This document shows, piece by piece, positions 50,311 to 64,000 of a stretch of DNA of 64,000 bases. Source of the DNA: Heptranchias perlo. Taxonomy: Eukaryota. A program made the position numbers and the translations under genes. The notes under the pieces were generated by a model. It was not told where the DNA came from. It did not search any database and saw only the letters and a program-made list of their open reading frames with translations. The stretch lies in the NCBI RefSeq assembly GCF_035084215.1, contig NC_090340.1, positions 4,526,001-4,590,000 of the forward strand, written 5' to 3'. Position 1 is the first letter of the stretch. The number at the start of each line of letters is the position of its first letter.

Positions 50311-51176
50311 ATTAACTGCTGTTATCTGATTTCATTTATCTTTATTTTCATTTCTGCCGTGTATAATTCTCATTTCTATCATTATGCAAAACGAAGTCAC
50401 ACAGTTAAGTGAAGGAAGCTTCCAAATTGCCGAAAACCTGATCGTAATGAATGCTCTAACTCTATTCATCAATTACCGCATTGCGTATTATTGACTAGGT
50501 TTTCTAATGCTATTGAATTATGGCGGGCACATAAACGATTTCACCCCGTACTGTGATTAGTGTATATATTTTATATATCACCAGGACGTTTGAAATTTCA
50601 CAACACGCATATGCTCGCTAAGCGTATATAGATTCGATAATCTATTAAGGATCACTAATGTAAGTTAATCGATTAATGGAATTGTGTGATTTCTCAACAA
50701 ACACACGGGTATCCGTGCCGGATTAAAGAAAATTATTTCGATGAGATTAGGGACAATATAAAACAACCACAGCCGCTGCCACGTCAAATAAATGTCAGGG
50801 AAACGTTTCACATTTTCCCTTTTATGCTTTATTTATTTTTGCTGTGAATTTGTTTGCTTTAAGACCAATTAATGTTGGTATAGGATTAGAAATTATAACA
50901 TAAAATTGCATATTTAATTATATAATGGCGTGTGTTTTGGGTATGTTATGCGAGATTTTCAACATTTCGGTGAGGTTGTGAGGGGTGATAAAAGCCATTG
51001 GGAGTCACGAAAAAACCAAGAGATATATAACCTGGATCGCAGACTGATATTCGCACTGATGATTATATTAGAAACCGCGTCAGGAGGACCCAAGGACAAA
51101 GAATACGGAATAGTATTAATGTTTAACAGATTTTCAATAAAACGTCTGTATAATCAGACCCATATACATACCCAAT

Positions 51177-51504
51177 GGGGTGATTTTAAACTGGCACTGG
51201 GTAAAGTAGAATAGCAAACTGAATGGCTGTAGGAATTTTATTTGGGGAGGGGGTTGCGTTATTTAAAAGCAAAGGCCACGCTTAGAGTACTGAATTACAT
51301 TCTGACTACCGTACCATAAAACATACACCAGTACTAGAGAGAGTTCAAATGTTAAGGCGATGAGAAACGAGAAAGGAATGGAAAAGTTCAAATTTTGCAA
51401 TCGGTACTGAAATCAATGGACATGAAAATCGAGCGGGTTCTACTAGGAACGGCCGATAGGTAACGCCACTTCTACAGCGGGTCGGCAAGGTGAAAATCTG
51501 CCCC
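51177..51504. mobile_element. Harbinger-like MITE
   Basis: Ends ggggtgattttaaact / aggtgaaaatctgcccc; flanks aat / agt. Confidence 0.5.
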
Positions 51505-53584
51505 AGTAAATCTCATTTGGAATTATTGGGGTAGATATTGACTTTGTGCAATACTTTAAAATGGTTAATAGCGAGTTGGCAGCACGTTATACATCTGTCC
51601 CAATTTTTATCTCCATTGAAATCAATGTGGTAGATTGTGATTTTGTGCGTGGTGTAAAGCTGGAGATAGAGAATCAATGTAAAACCGTCTGCCGACACGG
51701 TATCATCCTTGTCGCACAAAGGCAGGATTTGCCCCTCCCTGTGTTTGCTATTGTCTTGACAGCATTGATCAATTTCACTTCTTTTCAGAACATAATGGAA
51801 AACAAGAACAAGCATCCTGATCACCCGTTACAGCTTTCCAAAGCACTTTGAAAATCCCGAATGTCGCTTGTTTCAACTATTTGCCATTCTTTGGGTAAAT
51901 AAGTGTTATTTTCTGAACTTTTAAAAATGTACTTTTACCAGTTTTCAATTATATCATCTGGCACTTTTTCATGGATTGTTTTGTATTCAATTCCTCAGTT
52001 TGCTTTAATTATGTGTACTTACATGAGGTCCCTTCATTACAGATTGTAACAATGTAACTTTTCTAATTCTTTCTCATTGTTCAACCCCTTAACATTTGGA
52101 ATCTGCAGTACAGGTATATCATTTCTAGTCGGGTGATCAGAATTGAAGTCAGCACCCCAAGCGTGGTCTGACCAATGCAGTGTGAATCCAATTGCTTCGA
52201 AATGTCGCATTCCCCAAACATAAAATTCCGACAGGCATTGCGATTTTGAGTGTAATTTAGTAAATACTAGTCTAAAATCGGCATTTCCAATTACGAACAT
52301 AATCATGTGCAAAATGTCGATACAATTCTACCGTGCCATCTGCAATTCGTGAATAACTTTGCGGCAAACTTTCTGCTCGATTAGTCTGGGCAACGTTTAG
52401 CTTTCATGTTCTAAAATATTTATATTATTTTAAAGGTCAAACGAGTAAACTTGCAATTCTGAGAGTCCAAGCTCAACTTTTGTTTAAAATTTGCTAAAAC
52501 TATTGCTATCTTCTATTCATTAGCTATATTTTCTTTCAAACCTTTCTGGAAGCATTTCCGGCTGAAACCTCTCTCATTGCCCCATCGATTTGTAAAAAGG
52601 TAGGTATGTTAGATTTGATGTGTTGCTGCCTGAGACACTTTCAATATTTTTTTCTCAGAACTTTCCCGTGCTTTCCACCGCCTCTTGGCCTTACGACCAA
52701 AGATAATGCTACCATTATCTTTTAATAACACATCCTTAAAGAATATGTCATCATAAATTCAATTTTTGAAGCTCACCATCCCAGCCTTTTCACGCCTTCG
52801 CCAAACAAGTGTTTAATCCCATACTACACCCCGTTCTTTCTCCCATATCAATATCGATTTGAGATTAATATGCCTGCATCTAAGCTTTTCAACATAATTT
52901 TCGCTAAAGCACAACTGATCCCCTCGAAATACATTGTTAACTCCAGAATATTCAGACTCAAGACGAAATAAATCGTTAACTAATTCCTATGGAATTCGTA
53001 GTTGGATCCATTAATCATTGGCATAGTTCCACATATTTTAATTCTGCCGTTAATCGTCAATTCTGCAAAATGCAAACACAACAGACCTTCAAGTTAATTT
53101 AACAGACGAGCAGATAAATGGAATACCAGTGTGTGAGAATATCCCTGAAATGTGAGTTTAGGGACATCATGAACGCATTGCTGAAGATTTCTTGTGTTCA
53201 GTATTTCTAGGGAAATCGTAAATTCTCAGGGTTCCTTCAGGGCGTGTTTATGTTGTTTCTAGACATTCCAAACAGCATTCAAAAACACATTCACCATGTC
53301 GCTAAGCAAAACGATCTGAGGAATTCTTGGGTACGGATGTTTTAATAGCACAAGTTGTTAGTATAATGGCCGTAAATGTTCAATCGCTGTTTCCGAACTA
53401 ATGGTTTAGCTTCAGATTCAGTTCACAAATACCAAAAGGATAAGGACGTAAGATGAAGGCCATTCCGTCCATCTAGCCCACCCTGCAATAATAATCACCA
53501 ATACCCCCAACATACCATCCAATTGCCTTTTGAATATCATTAGAAAGGTAACTTCTAATTATGCCTACTTTAAGGGAGGCTAGT

Positions 53585-53893
53585 CTGCAGTAGCCAGTTA
53601 GTTATGGTGCTTGGCTAGTAATCCAGAGTTTGTGAGTTTAATTCCTATCATGGCAAGTCGGGAAATTCAATTCATATAATTTGGTGGTTCATGGGCTGGC
53701 ACGAGATAAAATAACATAAGAGCTGCTGGATGTCGTAAAAACGCAACTGGTTCATTAATGTGATTCAGAGAAGTGAATTGCCACCTTACCAGGCCGCCCC
53801 TACATGTTACTCCAGTCCCTAAAAGCAAGTAGGGATGGGCAACGAATGCGACCATGCCAGCGTCAAAGATGTCCTGAGAAAAAATATATAAAA
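53585..53893 (+). mobile_element. tRNA-derived SINE sharing 5' body and 3' tail with LINE family A
   Basis: Degenerate pol III B-box (gtgagtttaattcc); body ..gtcgtaaaaacgcaactggttcattaatgt.. resembles the reverse of 2170-2260; tail gtagggatgggcaacgaatgc..gccagcg. Confidence 0.7.
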
Positions 53894-56254
53894 TTGAAAC
53901 CATTTTTTTAACATTTACTTATAACTCAGTTCCACATGAGACACTTAGTGAAACTGTCTCGTGCCAGTCCAACTACACTTAAAATGGCTTGAGCTTCCCT
54001 GCGTCACCAGGACTGAATACAAGGAGCTCCCTGACGAGAGTAGTATAGAGTTTCCGCATGATAACCTCAGGCTTTAACACCAATTATTTGGCAGTATAAA
54101 TCAGCATTGGGTTTCCTTTGTCAACTACTGGTTTGCAATGATTCGACATGGTCAATGTAGAGGCTACCCCATTCCTATATAATTTCCCGCCTATTGACGA
54201 TCTAATTCTACACCATTCATTAATGATGTTACATTTTCATCCGGCATGTAACGCCTTGGAAATCTTCTAATCCATATTTCCTGGCAACGTTCGATCCAGT
54301 AGCAAATATTATGTTATTCTTTATTTAATATCTGAGTTACTTCCACAAGATGCAACCCCTTTCCCACCTTGAATATCATTAATATTTTTACCAATATACT
54401 TTGAGTTTCTTAATCCATTTCACCATTTTAGATAACAAAGGCTAGGAGCTGGAGACAATCATTAGCTCACCACCAACCTCCAGCGAATTTTCACTAGATT
54501 CTCTCTCAGATTCTTTCAAGTTATATCCAGGAGGCCGACTGTATTAAGCCACTTTAGCATTCTTAGTGGAAAGCGTTGTTGACATTGATTTATATGATAT
54601 TATAGAATTGTTCAACCTTTACCTAAAAAAAAACCAAACAGATACATTAAACAGGATCTACTCTCAAAAGCAATATTATTCTTAAGCTAATTAAATAATG
54701 TTCAATAGTTTTGCTTCAGCTTGTTTTAAACAGCGGATTTGATGACTTTAGTTGTTGACATTGCGAAATGTAATTGGTCTGTGATTACCCGTATTCTTTT
54801 TAATGCCTGTTTTAAAAATCTAGTGGGCTCTTCCCTATATTACCGACCCTCTCATGATGAGTCTAAGTACTTCACATATATCGTCCCTGTTACGATTCTT
54901 GGTCACATATCATCCAGCCGAAGATTCATTCGATTTGAGTTTGCTTAAGGACACGTCATCGTGTAAAATGAAAGCATGTTTTATCTCAATAAATCGTGTA
55001 TATGTCGTTTAACTATTTTCACAGTTTAATACCTATTCAGCTTACCGTATCAGAGAAGGATTTAGCTGTTTTTTTTTTTCTATCTGAAGTAAGATGTATC
55101 ATGCACCATATGGAAAAGTGTGGCTAAGTATGCATATCTGTCACAAGGGCTAGTTCTGGCAGTGCAATAGCAATAGGGCCCTTTATTTATGCCCAGGCTT
55201 CAACAATTCAAACAATGGATTTAGGTCATTTGATTTCAAAACTATAGAAACACACGGTGTGGTTAACGGCTTCACTGGTGCACATTGTACACATCATATT
55301 TCACAATACACATTCTACTCAACTTCAGACCTCAGAATTAATACTTTCCGCCCCTGTTGCGCCACCCACCACTTCTCAAATTACCAGTCGCAAAGGCTTA
55401 ACCATTTAGTACCTGCTTTTCCGAGCTCTCAAACGCTTTTAGATTGTTCTTATTTCTCTGATATGATTCTGATGGCGCAACTGAAAATTCAGAATCTTTA
55501 ACTTCTAAATATTTTACTCACATTTGGAGAATGACTGTTGTTCATATTTCTTTTCCCTTTAGCAACATTACAACACTCCAGTAATACCTTACATGGATAC
55601 CTTGTTTGAAAAACTGTTCCCTTTACTGATATGTACTTAGAAAAAATCATGAAAAATATAGTATCTTTTGGTTCGTTAATACAATGACTGAATGGACATC
55701 TAATAAGCCAAGAAAAATGGGTTTGTCAGTAGGAATAACATATTATTCATTTTGACCATTATCACTGAAAGATGAAAGTATATGTGGAACTATATAGGAA
55801 GTGTCGTTTGCGAGTTAGCATGAATACCACATCCTCCATATCGAAGCAAATTCACAGCCTGCAGTCACATAAACAAAATTGTGATATTTAAGGCTTACGA
55901 AACTGTGGTATTTTGATCTCATTTTTACAAAAAAATTAAACGTCCCTTACTTTAACAGTATCAGCGCAGGCGCTCAGCTTCTGTTTAAACAGAATGAGGA
56001 ACGGCTGAGTCTGAGAGAACGGGTAGCGACTAAAAGTGAAAAGAAAATCTATTGATTAACATCGCCGAAAATGGCTCCACATATCATCCATCAGTTTTCT
56101 ACTCTGCCGTGGGTCCCTACTCTCCAAAAGCTATTCCGCCCTTCTGAAGGAACGGTTACCCATTCATAGAACACTTTGGGTAATTGATTTTGTGCCCAAC
56201 TATAATGAAGACAGATATTTTAGGATAATTCCCTTCACAATACTGAATGATTCA

Positions 56255-56500
56255 CAGAATTGCATAAAATGTACAGCACAGAAACGAGCCATTCGGCCCA
56301 ACAGGTTTATGCACCAAGCTAGCCTCCTCCATCCCCACTTCATTTAAGATTTTCAGAATATCATTCTATTCCTTTCTCATGTATGAAGCTGTATAACTTC
56401 CCTTAATTGCATCTAAGCTAGTCACCTCAACTAGACCTTGTGGTAGCGAGTTCCGCATTCTAACCGCTCGAATTTCCTGCTGGATTCGCTGGTGACTACT
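56255..56500 (-). mobile_element. CR1 LINE 3' fragment
   Basis: Reverse tail aatgtacagcacagaaacgagccattcggcccaa and tgtggtagcgagttccgcattctaacc. Confidence 0.75.
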
Positions 56501-57714
56501 TTAAATGCACTCGTGGATCAAATCATCGTCTATTAAATGATTGTACACTTCGAATTTTTAAGTAGTTTCTCTACTTGTTGTCGCATCGAGAGATAAACTA
56601 CAGGATTGGAAGGCCAAAATGGGCCCAATATTTTAAGAACAGTCATTCATAGCTATAAGTTACCAAGCGTCGAGGCCCTCAGGGGATAACAAAAAAAAGA
56701 TTTAATGAAAAATAGTCTAAAACCGTAATTAGATTTTTTAAAAATAGAGTGGTAGATAACCACAATAATACAGTGAGAATATCGAGATTGACAAATTAAA
56801 TAGTGCAATATGATAAAACAACTTAAACTCGAAAACAGCACAATCCATAGGTTTAATAATCATGGTAAAATAACATACATTGAATTTAAATTTTAAATCA
56901 CAGTTGAACATTTAACAAAATAAAATAAGATAAAATGAATAAAATTTAAATTCACAGTTGAGCATTTTATGAAATAAAATCATGGGTTAAAATCAGTACA
57001 TACACGTAGAACAATCAATCGAGTAAATGTTCGAACCATATGAGCCAATATGGTATAACAATCAAAAGTAAAATGTGGAGACTTTAAGTATATTGTCCAG
57101 TACCTAGGAGGGTAAAACTTAGGTTGAAAATCCAGAGATGTTATAGGTGGCAGTTTTCATAAACATCTCCAGGTTGACTTCCTCGCAGGATCCCCGGATA
57201 ACGAAATATTCTCGCTCATATCTTGCCTGTTTGTGTCCTTCTGGGTAAATAAGATCATGTCGCGTTATCACTATCTATGATCTTAAAAGAGGCGGTGATG
57301 CAGAAACTGCAGGAGTCGTCCGGCCTTTCAGCTCTACATGTTTCGCCTGGGTCGCTGATATGCAAAGACTGGGATTTTTTTTGCTGGGTATGTCCCATCT
57401 GGAATTGAAGAAGCTCACTATCTTTTCTTTTTATTTCTCTCCTGTGGGGCGTAATCCCCACACATCACCTGCATCTAAGTCCTCTGCACAGCCCAGTTAT
57501 CCAACGTTTGTATGTTGTTGCCTGGCGGGACCACGAGGGGGCACGGCTCGCTGTGACCGAGAAATTACAACAGGGTGAAAGCTGCAAAACTATAACGCTC
57601 TTGAGGAACCTGAAGCAAGAGAGTCATAGTTATTCCCGCCAAGTGTCATAGTTATTTCCGCTATTTGCGGGGTAGAAAATAAATCATTCCAAAAAATCTG
57701 TATTCAGTACACTT

Positions 57715-60700
57715 GGGCATGAAGTCCATTACCCAAATTGTTGTTTGGTCCCTCGTTCTGGTCTCCCCCACAAGTCAAAAAATCTTCTCCACGTCTACAC
57801 TGTCAAACCCATTCATAATCTGAAACACGCCTATCAGGTCACCCCTTCTAGAGAAAGGAGCCCAGCCTGCTCAATCTTTCCTAATAGGTATAACCTCCCA
57901 GTTCTCCTTTCATCCTAGTAAAACTTCTTGCACCTTCTCCACTGCCTTTATTTAGATGGAAGGTGAAGTCGTTACATCCGAAACTAAGCTCCTAAATCTA
58001 AACAAAGGAAACTACGAAGATATGAGGAGTGACTTGGCTATGATACATTGGCAAGCTTCGTAAAAAGGCATGACGGAAATGGCTAAAATTTAAGGAACGA
58101 ATGCATGAATTTCAAAAATTCTACATTCCTTTCTGGCGCAAAAACACAAAAGCAAAAGCGGCCCAACCATGGCTAACAAAAAAAAGTTAAGGATAGTAGT
58201 AGATCCAATGAACAGTCATATAAAGTTGCCAGAAAAAGTAGCAAGCCTGAGGATTGGGAACAGTTTAGAATTCAGCAAAAAAGGACAAAGAAATTAATTG
58301 GGCAAAAATAGAGTATGAGAGTAAAATTGCAAGGAACATAAAAGTGGACTGTAAAAACTTCTACAAATATGTAAAATAAATAGATTAGTGAAGACAAATT
58401 TAGGTCCCTTACAGTTAGAAACTGGAAAATTTATAATGCGGAACAAGAAAGCGGCAGAGCAATTAAACAAATACTTTGGTTCTGTCTTCACGGAAGACGA
58501 CACAAAACGCTTCCCAGAAATACTGGGAACCATGGGACTAGTGAGAAAGAGGAATTAAAGGAAATTAGTATTCGTAAAAAAATAGTGCTGGAGAAATTAA
58601 TGGAAGTGAAAGCCAATAAATCCACAGGGCCTGATAATTTGCATCCCAGAGTAATAAAAGAGCTAAATCGCCTTGAAGCCTTTTTGCATCCTCCTCACAA
58701 CTCCGATCCCACCTAGTTTTGTGTCGTCGGCAAATTTGGAAATATTACATTTGGTTCCCTCATCCAAATCATTGATATATTTTGTGAATAGATGGGGCCC
58801 AAACACTGATCCCTGCGGTACCCCACTAGTCACTGCCTGCCGCCTTGAAAAAGACCCATTTATTCTACTCTCTGTTTCCAGTCTTTTAACCAATTTTCAG
58901 TCCATGCCAGCATATTACCACCAATCCCATGTGCATTAATTTTTCACACTAACCTCTTATGTGGGACTTTATCAAAGGCCTTCTAAAAATCCAAATGAAC
59001 CACATCCACCGGTTCTCCCATATCTTTTCTACCAGTTACATCCTCAAAAGCTCCAGTAGGTTTCAGAAACAATGTTTCCCTTTCATAAATCCATGTTGAC
59101 TTTGTCTAATTCCATTGACATTTTCGAAGCGCCCTGTTATCTCATGCTTTATAATAGCCGCTAGCATTTTCCCTACTAGTGATCGGCTAACCGGTATATA
59201 GTTCCCCATTTTCTCTCTCCCTCCTCGTTTAAATAGTGGGGTTACATTTGCAACACTCCAATCTGTAGGAACTATTCCATAATCTATATAATTTTGGAAG
59301 ATGATAATTAATGCATCCATTTTTTCGATGGCTCCACAAGTTGAGTGAGTGAGCACATAATTGGCAGGTGCAGTATAATGTGGATAAATGTGACATTATC
59401 CACTTCGGAAGAAAAAAACAGAAAGGCAGATTATTATTTAAATGGTGAAAGATTGGGAAACGTTGATGTCCGAAGGGACCTGGCTTTCCTTGTACACCAG
59501 TCACTGAAAGCAAACATGCAGGTGCAGCAAGCAGTTAGGAAGGCAAATGGTATGTTGGCCTTCATTGCAAGAGGATTTGAATACAGGAGCAAGGATGTCT
59601 TACTGCAGTTATACAGGGCCTTGGTGAGACCACACCTGGAGTATTGTGTGCAGTTTTGGTCTCCTTACCTAAGAAAGGATATACTTGCCATAGAGGGTGT
59701 GCAGCGAAGGTTTACCAGACTGGGATGAGGAGAGATTGGACGACTCGGCCTTTATTCACTTGAGTTTGGAAGAATGAGAGGGGATCTCATTGAAACATAC
59801 AATATTCTGACAGGGCGAGGCAGACTGGATGCAGGGAGGATGTCTTTCCTGGCTGGGGCGGGGGGTGCTGAACGAGGGGTCACAGTCTCAGGATACAGGG
59901 TAGGAATTTAAGACTGAGATGAGGAGAAATTTCTTCACTCAGAGCGTGGTGAACCTTTGGAATTCTCTACCACAGAAGACTGTGAAGGCCAAATCGCTGA
60001 ATATATTTAAGCAGGAGCCAGATAGATTTATAGACACACAAGACATCAAGGGGTATAGGGAGAGAGCGGGAATATGGTATTGAGATAGAGGATCAGTCAT
60101 GATCATATAAATGGTGGAGCAGGCTTGAAGGGCCGAATGGCTTTCTGTTGCTCCTATTTTCTATGTTTCTATACCTCGATATTATTTTTATAATATGAAG
60201 ACCAGAAACGTTCACAGTACTCCAAATTTGCTCTAATCAAGGTTCTATAGAAGCTCAACATAACTTCTCTGCTTTTCAATTCTATTCCTCTCGAAATGAG
60301 CCCCAGTCATTGGTTTGCTTTTTGTATGACCTTATTTACATGCGTCACTACTTCGAGTGAATTGTTTTGTTGTATTCCCTGATTCCACTGCTTCCCTATC
60401 CCATTTAGACTCTTATTATCAAAGCAGTATGTGCCCCCTTATTCTTTCAAACAAAATGTAACACCTCATAATTATCTATATTGAAATTAATTTTCCAATT
60501 TCACGTCTATTCTCCAAGTTTATTAATGTCTTCCTGAATTTTGTAGCAGCTCTCCTCAGATATTAGCTGCACACCCAATTTGAAATCGTGCGCAAATTTT
60601 GAAATTGTACATCCGATTCCCGAGTCCAATTCGTGTATGTAAATGGTGAACAACAGTGGTCCAAGCACCAATCCTTATGGAACATCACTTCCCACCTTTT

Positions 60701-61900
60701 GACAATCTGAGTCACCTTTAACCACGACTGTTTTCTGTTTTGTAGCCAGCTTGCAATCCGTTCTGCTCCTCGTTACCATGACACTGCATGCTCTGACGCT
60801 AGCCATGAATCTACTTTGTCATATCCTATCGAAGGCCCTTTGAAAATCCAAATACATGACATCTACTACATTACTCTTGCCTACCCTTTCTGTTACCTCT
60901 TCAAATAATTCAATAAGGTAAATCAAGCATGACCTTCACTTTTGAAAGCAGTGCTGACTATCCTTTATGATATTTTCGTTTTCTAGATGTTTTCCTATCA
61001 CATCTTTGAGCCAGGATTCCATTATCGTTCCTATCACCGACGTTAAGCTGAATGGTCCATAGTTCCCTGGACTGGTTCCATCTCTCTTGTTAAATATAAG
61101 AATTACGTTAGCTGCTCGTTAGTCCTCTGGCACTATTCACTTTTAAAATTATTTTTATACCATGTAATATTGCCTCTGCTAACTCTTCCCTATCTTCTGT
61201 TAATATACGCGGAAGCAATCCACCCGGACCAGGGGTTTATCCTCTCTAAGTTTGATTATTTTATCAATTATCTCTCCCCTTTCCATCTTAAATGTCTTTC
61301 TTTCTTTTTTATCTCTTCTTCTAATGTCAGTTCCACCATGTTATTCTCCCTGGTAAATACTGAAGCAAAATAATTGTTTCATATTCTTGCCATTTCGCTG
61401 TTATTAACTGTGAGTTTATGGTGCGTGACCCTTAGAGGCCCTATCTCTTTCCTGTTTTTTTTTGTTATTAACGTGCCTGTAGAATACTTTAGTATTTATT
61501 TTTATATTCCATGATAATTTCATTTCGTAGTTTCTCTTGTCCTGACTAATTGTTTTTCAACTTCTTACTTAACCCTTTCGTTATCCCTTTTGTCATCCTC
61601 TCCGTTGTTGTATATGTACTTAGTGTACACCTTTTTCTTTACTTAAAATGTTGCCCTTATTTCTGTATTCATCCATGGTGCATCATTACTGGCTAGTTTG
61701 TGCTTGCTTTTTAGTGGGATATATTTCTCCCCGACTCTATTGATCACCGTTATACATGCTTCACCCTGATGTTCTATTTTTTAAAAATCAGTAAATTTCA
61801 GCATTTTTCCAATTTATTACTTTATATTAGTTGAAATCTTTCGACAAAACAAACTTTCGATTACATGCCCCATTATCAAGAATTTGTTGCCAATGCCGAG
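57715..61900 (-). mobile_element. Old CR1 LINE (57715-57950 + 60175-~61900) split by a younger CR1
   Basis: Both parts match the 32245-34345 subfamily and are collinear across the insertion. Confidence 0.8.
57950..60172 (+). mobile_element. CR1 LINE with an internal inversion (58663-59337)
   Basis: Plus ..KSTGPDNLHPRVIKE | minus ..[28 protein letters not shown] | plus DKLSE..LVRPHLEYCVQFWSPY.. with tail ttctatgtttctat. Confidence 0.9.
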
Positions 61901-62246
61901 CTCCTCAGCTTCATTTAGTTCGCAGTCCTGCGCCTCTGTAATATGGACGTACTTGGTCACTACACGAAAATTATTGCATACCCAATTTCACAGGGGCTTT
62001 GCGCTAAACAGTCTAGCACAGGTTATCAGTAAATGTTCACGTGAACTATTCAGTCCATTGGTTGTATACGGCCCAATCGTAATATTCCATCCATAATATA
62101 ATACGAGTGAGGGTATTGGTATAATTCATACCTTTTTGATTTTACCATATCAGCAAAAGTGTTCGCCACAAATCATAACCAATCGCAAAGGCCTCGCTTT
62201 CTTAAATTCCGAATTAGCAACGTGTGCTCGAAAGTTTAGTTCTATT

Positions 62247-62388
62247 GGTGTAGAATTTGAACTTGCCGCCCAGGCGTAAAACTTGCCAAGGGGATGGGCC
62301 GCCCGTTATAGATACCGCCCGATTTCCATTTCCATTGAAATTAGCAAACCCTGTTTTACGCCCGGGCGGAACATTGAAAATCCACCCC
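62247..62388. mobile_element. Harbinger-like MITE with 3-bp TSD
   Basis: TIRs ggtgtagaatttgaacttgccgcccaggcgtaaaac / gttttacgcccgggcggaacattgaaaatccacccc; ATT on both sides. Confidence 0.75.
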
Positions 62389-63074
62389 ATTGTATCCAAA
62401 TTCAACTTTACTTCTGAGTTCACAATAAACAGAAAGTACCCTAATGTCTTATTCAAATGTTTCATTTCCTCTCCATTCGCAACAATGACTGTATTGTGTA
62501 TCGGTTTTACTGAGCTAACAGGGAGTATATTAATATTCAGCTCATATCAAGTTACTGGTTTCCTCACTTTAGGATTGGGATCCGTGGTTTTACACAAAGG
62601 ATGGGCTACCCTATGACATCTGATTGCGTCATCGGAAGTGTCTACTCAGGTTATTATTGTGGTAAATGCTTAGATTGTATTGTTCTAGATTCAGAACAAT
62701 CCACAAGTAGAGTGTTGATTTGGCACGTATATGAGGGGGTAAGATAGGGAGAAAATCGAGACGAGTCTGCAGAGCAAGAACCCTGCGAGTGCTGCATGTT
62801 GTGCATTTTTAATAGGCAGCGCTAAAGTGGATCAGCACACGATGTCTACATAGAGCGACGTCTTGAGTGATTACAAAACACACATTTATGATTGCATTTT
62901 CCTTTTGCAGAAACATCTCAGAATAAATTATGGCTTTTTGAACGTACATGAATTGTGAGTGAAAAGTTATTTTGGCCGAGTTGAGATTCTGCAGCAACTG
63001 GTGATATTTCAGCAGAAGCAAAGAATATCACTTACACACTCTTCTTGAACATTCAACTGATCTATAGCATCTGA

Positions 63075-63312
63075 ATGATCTTTTTATTGGTTCTTGTAAT
63101 GTGGGTAACTAGGACTAGGCCGTATTCTCTTCTTGTACCGGAGGGCATTAAAATCACCCTCATAGTCTAGTCACATGTAGGGCAGGCAGGGCAGGGGGTA
63201 CAGCCCTTCCCACCCCCATGGACATTAGTGATCCATTTGGTATTTTATTACAATCATGCAGCTTTAAAGGGGTTAATATTTTCTAATTCCGCTCGAGAAA
63301 TTGAATTCTCTT
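63075..63312 (-). mobile_element. Degraded SINE of the 53585 family
   Basis: ..agtcacatgtagggcagg..ggacattagtgatccatttggtattttattacaatc.. matches the reverse SINE body. Confidence 0.55.
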
Positions 63313-63597
63313 TCATAACGTGATGTTGTGCGGGCACCGATGCTCACATCTGGAGTTTACACCTTAAGTGTCTTCATGGATTAGTTGGGAGGACTCTACG
63401 GTTATGACCGTTTCCCTGGGCATGTACATTCGCTCCGGAGGAGTGCCTGGGATTTCGGCGAGATTCTTCCGATCTCCTGCGGTATCTTTGGCGGTAGATT
63501 GGCGCATGCAGGTTTCTCAAAGATTTCCAAAGATCACCCACCAAAGAAAGGGATGAAATTCAGGAGAACCCCACATAAATTCTCCACCATATTCTCG

Positions 63598-63938
63598 ACA
63601 GTATTGAAGGGGTGCTGCACTATCGGCGGTGCCCTCTTTCGGAAGAGATGTTAAAAACTTGTCCCAGCTTACCACCGAAGTTTACGTAAAAGATCCTGTG
63701 AGAATATTAGAGGAAGAAAAGAGGAGTTCTCCCGTATCCTGATCAAATAACATAATTAATGTAGCTTATCTGGTCATTCCTCCTATTACTGCTTGTGAGA
63801 CCTTGCTGTGTGAAAATTGGCTGTATCCTTTTTCTATATTACATCAGTGAGTGCGCCTCAAAGGCACGTCATTGACAGAGAAGCGCGTTGTGATCGCCCG
63901 AGCGAGTGAAAAGTGCTCTTAAATGCATGTTCTTTTTT
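63598..63938 (+). mobile_element. Deu-domain SINE (SacSINE1/AmnSINE1-like)
   Basis: gtgctgcactatcggcggtgccctctttcgga..ttatctggtcatt..ttgctgtgtgaaaattggctg.. and an L2-like tail, recognised by resemblance to the Deu domain. Confidence 0.7.
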
Positions 63939-64000
63939 AGGTTGGTATTTTAGTGCAGAGATTGCTGCATTATTTGATGTATCAGCCTTGAAATTACGGG

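Noticed and set aside
1-64000. CRISPR arrays, rRNA/tRNA genes, prokaryotic operons
   Set aside because: No regularly spaced repeat-spacer arrays or intact structural RNA genes were seen; tRNA-like boxes occur only in degraded SINEs.

Overview
Eukaryotic, repeat-rich genomic DNA, most consistent with a cartilaginous fish (shark-type CR1/HER1-like LINEs, Deu-domain SINE, Penelope-type palindromes). About half of the window is non-LTR retroelement debris, and most long ORFs in the track are LINE fragments or noise. The host content is a small cluster of three paralogous, non-rearranging Ig-superfamily receptor genes with a leader / V(J-like) / C1 / TM layout. (1) A plus-strand gene with an open frame at 45918-48825 (265 aa, neutral TM, 8-aa tail); its downstream exons carry what looks like a fossil ITIM whose Tyr codon is now TAA. 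(2) A minus-strand pseudogene at ~9560-14389 whose TM exon contains a lysine (activating-type). (3) A second minus-strand pseudogene at ~28875-30290 with one stop each in V and C1. The pseudogenes are largely invisible in the ORF track and were found by manual translation between splice sites. Together the three copies suggest a paired activating/inhibitory VJ-C1 receptor family under birth-and-death evolution (inference). Other notable items are a Penelope-type 84-bp inverted repeat with a 12-bp TSD and a minimal hammerhead ribozyme motif, a precise internal inversion inside a CR1 copy, two young near-identical CR1 copies in inverted orientation around pseudogene 2, and Harbinger-type Myb and MITE remnants. 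Element boundaries are approximate and no database searches were run.
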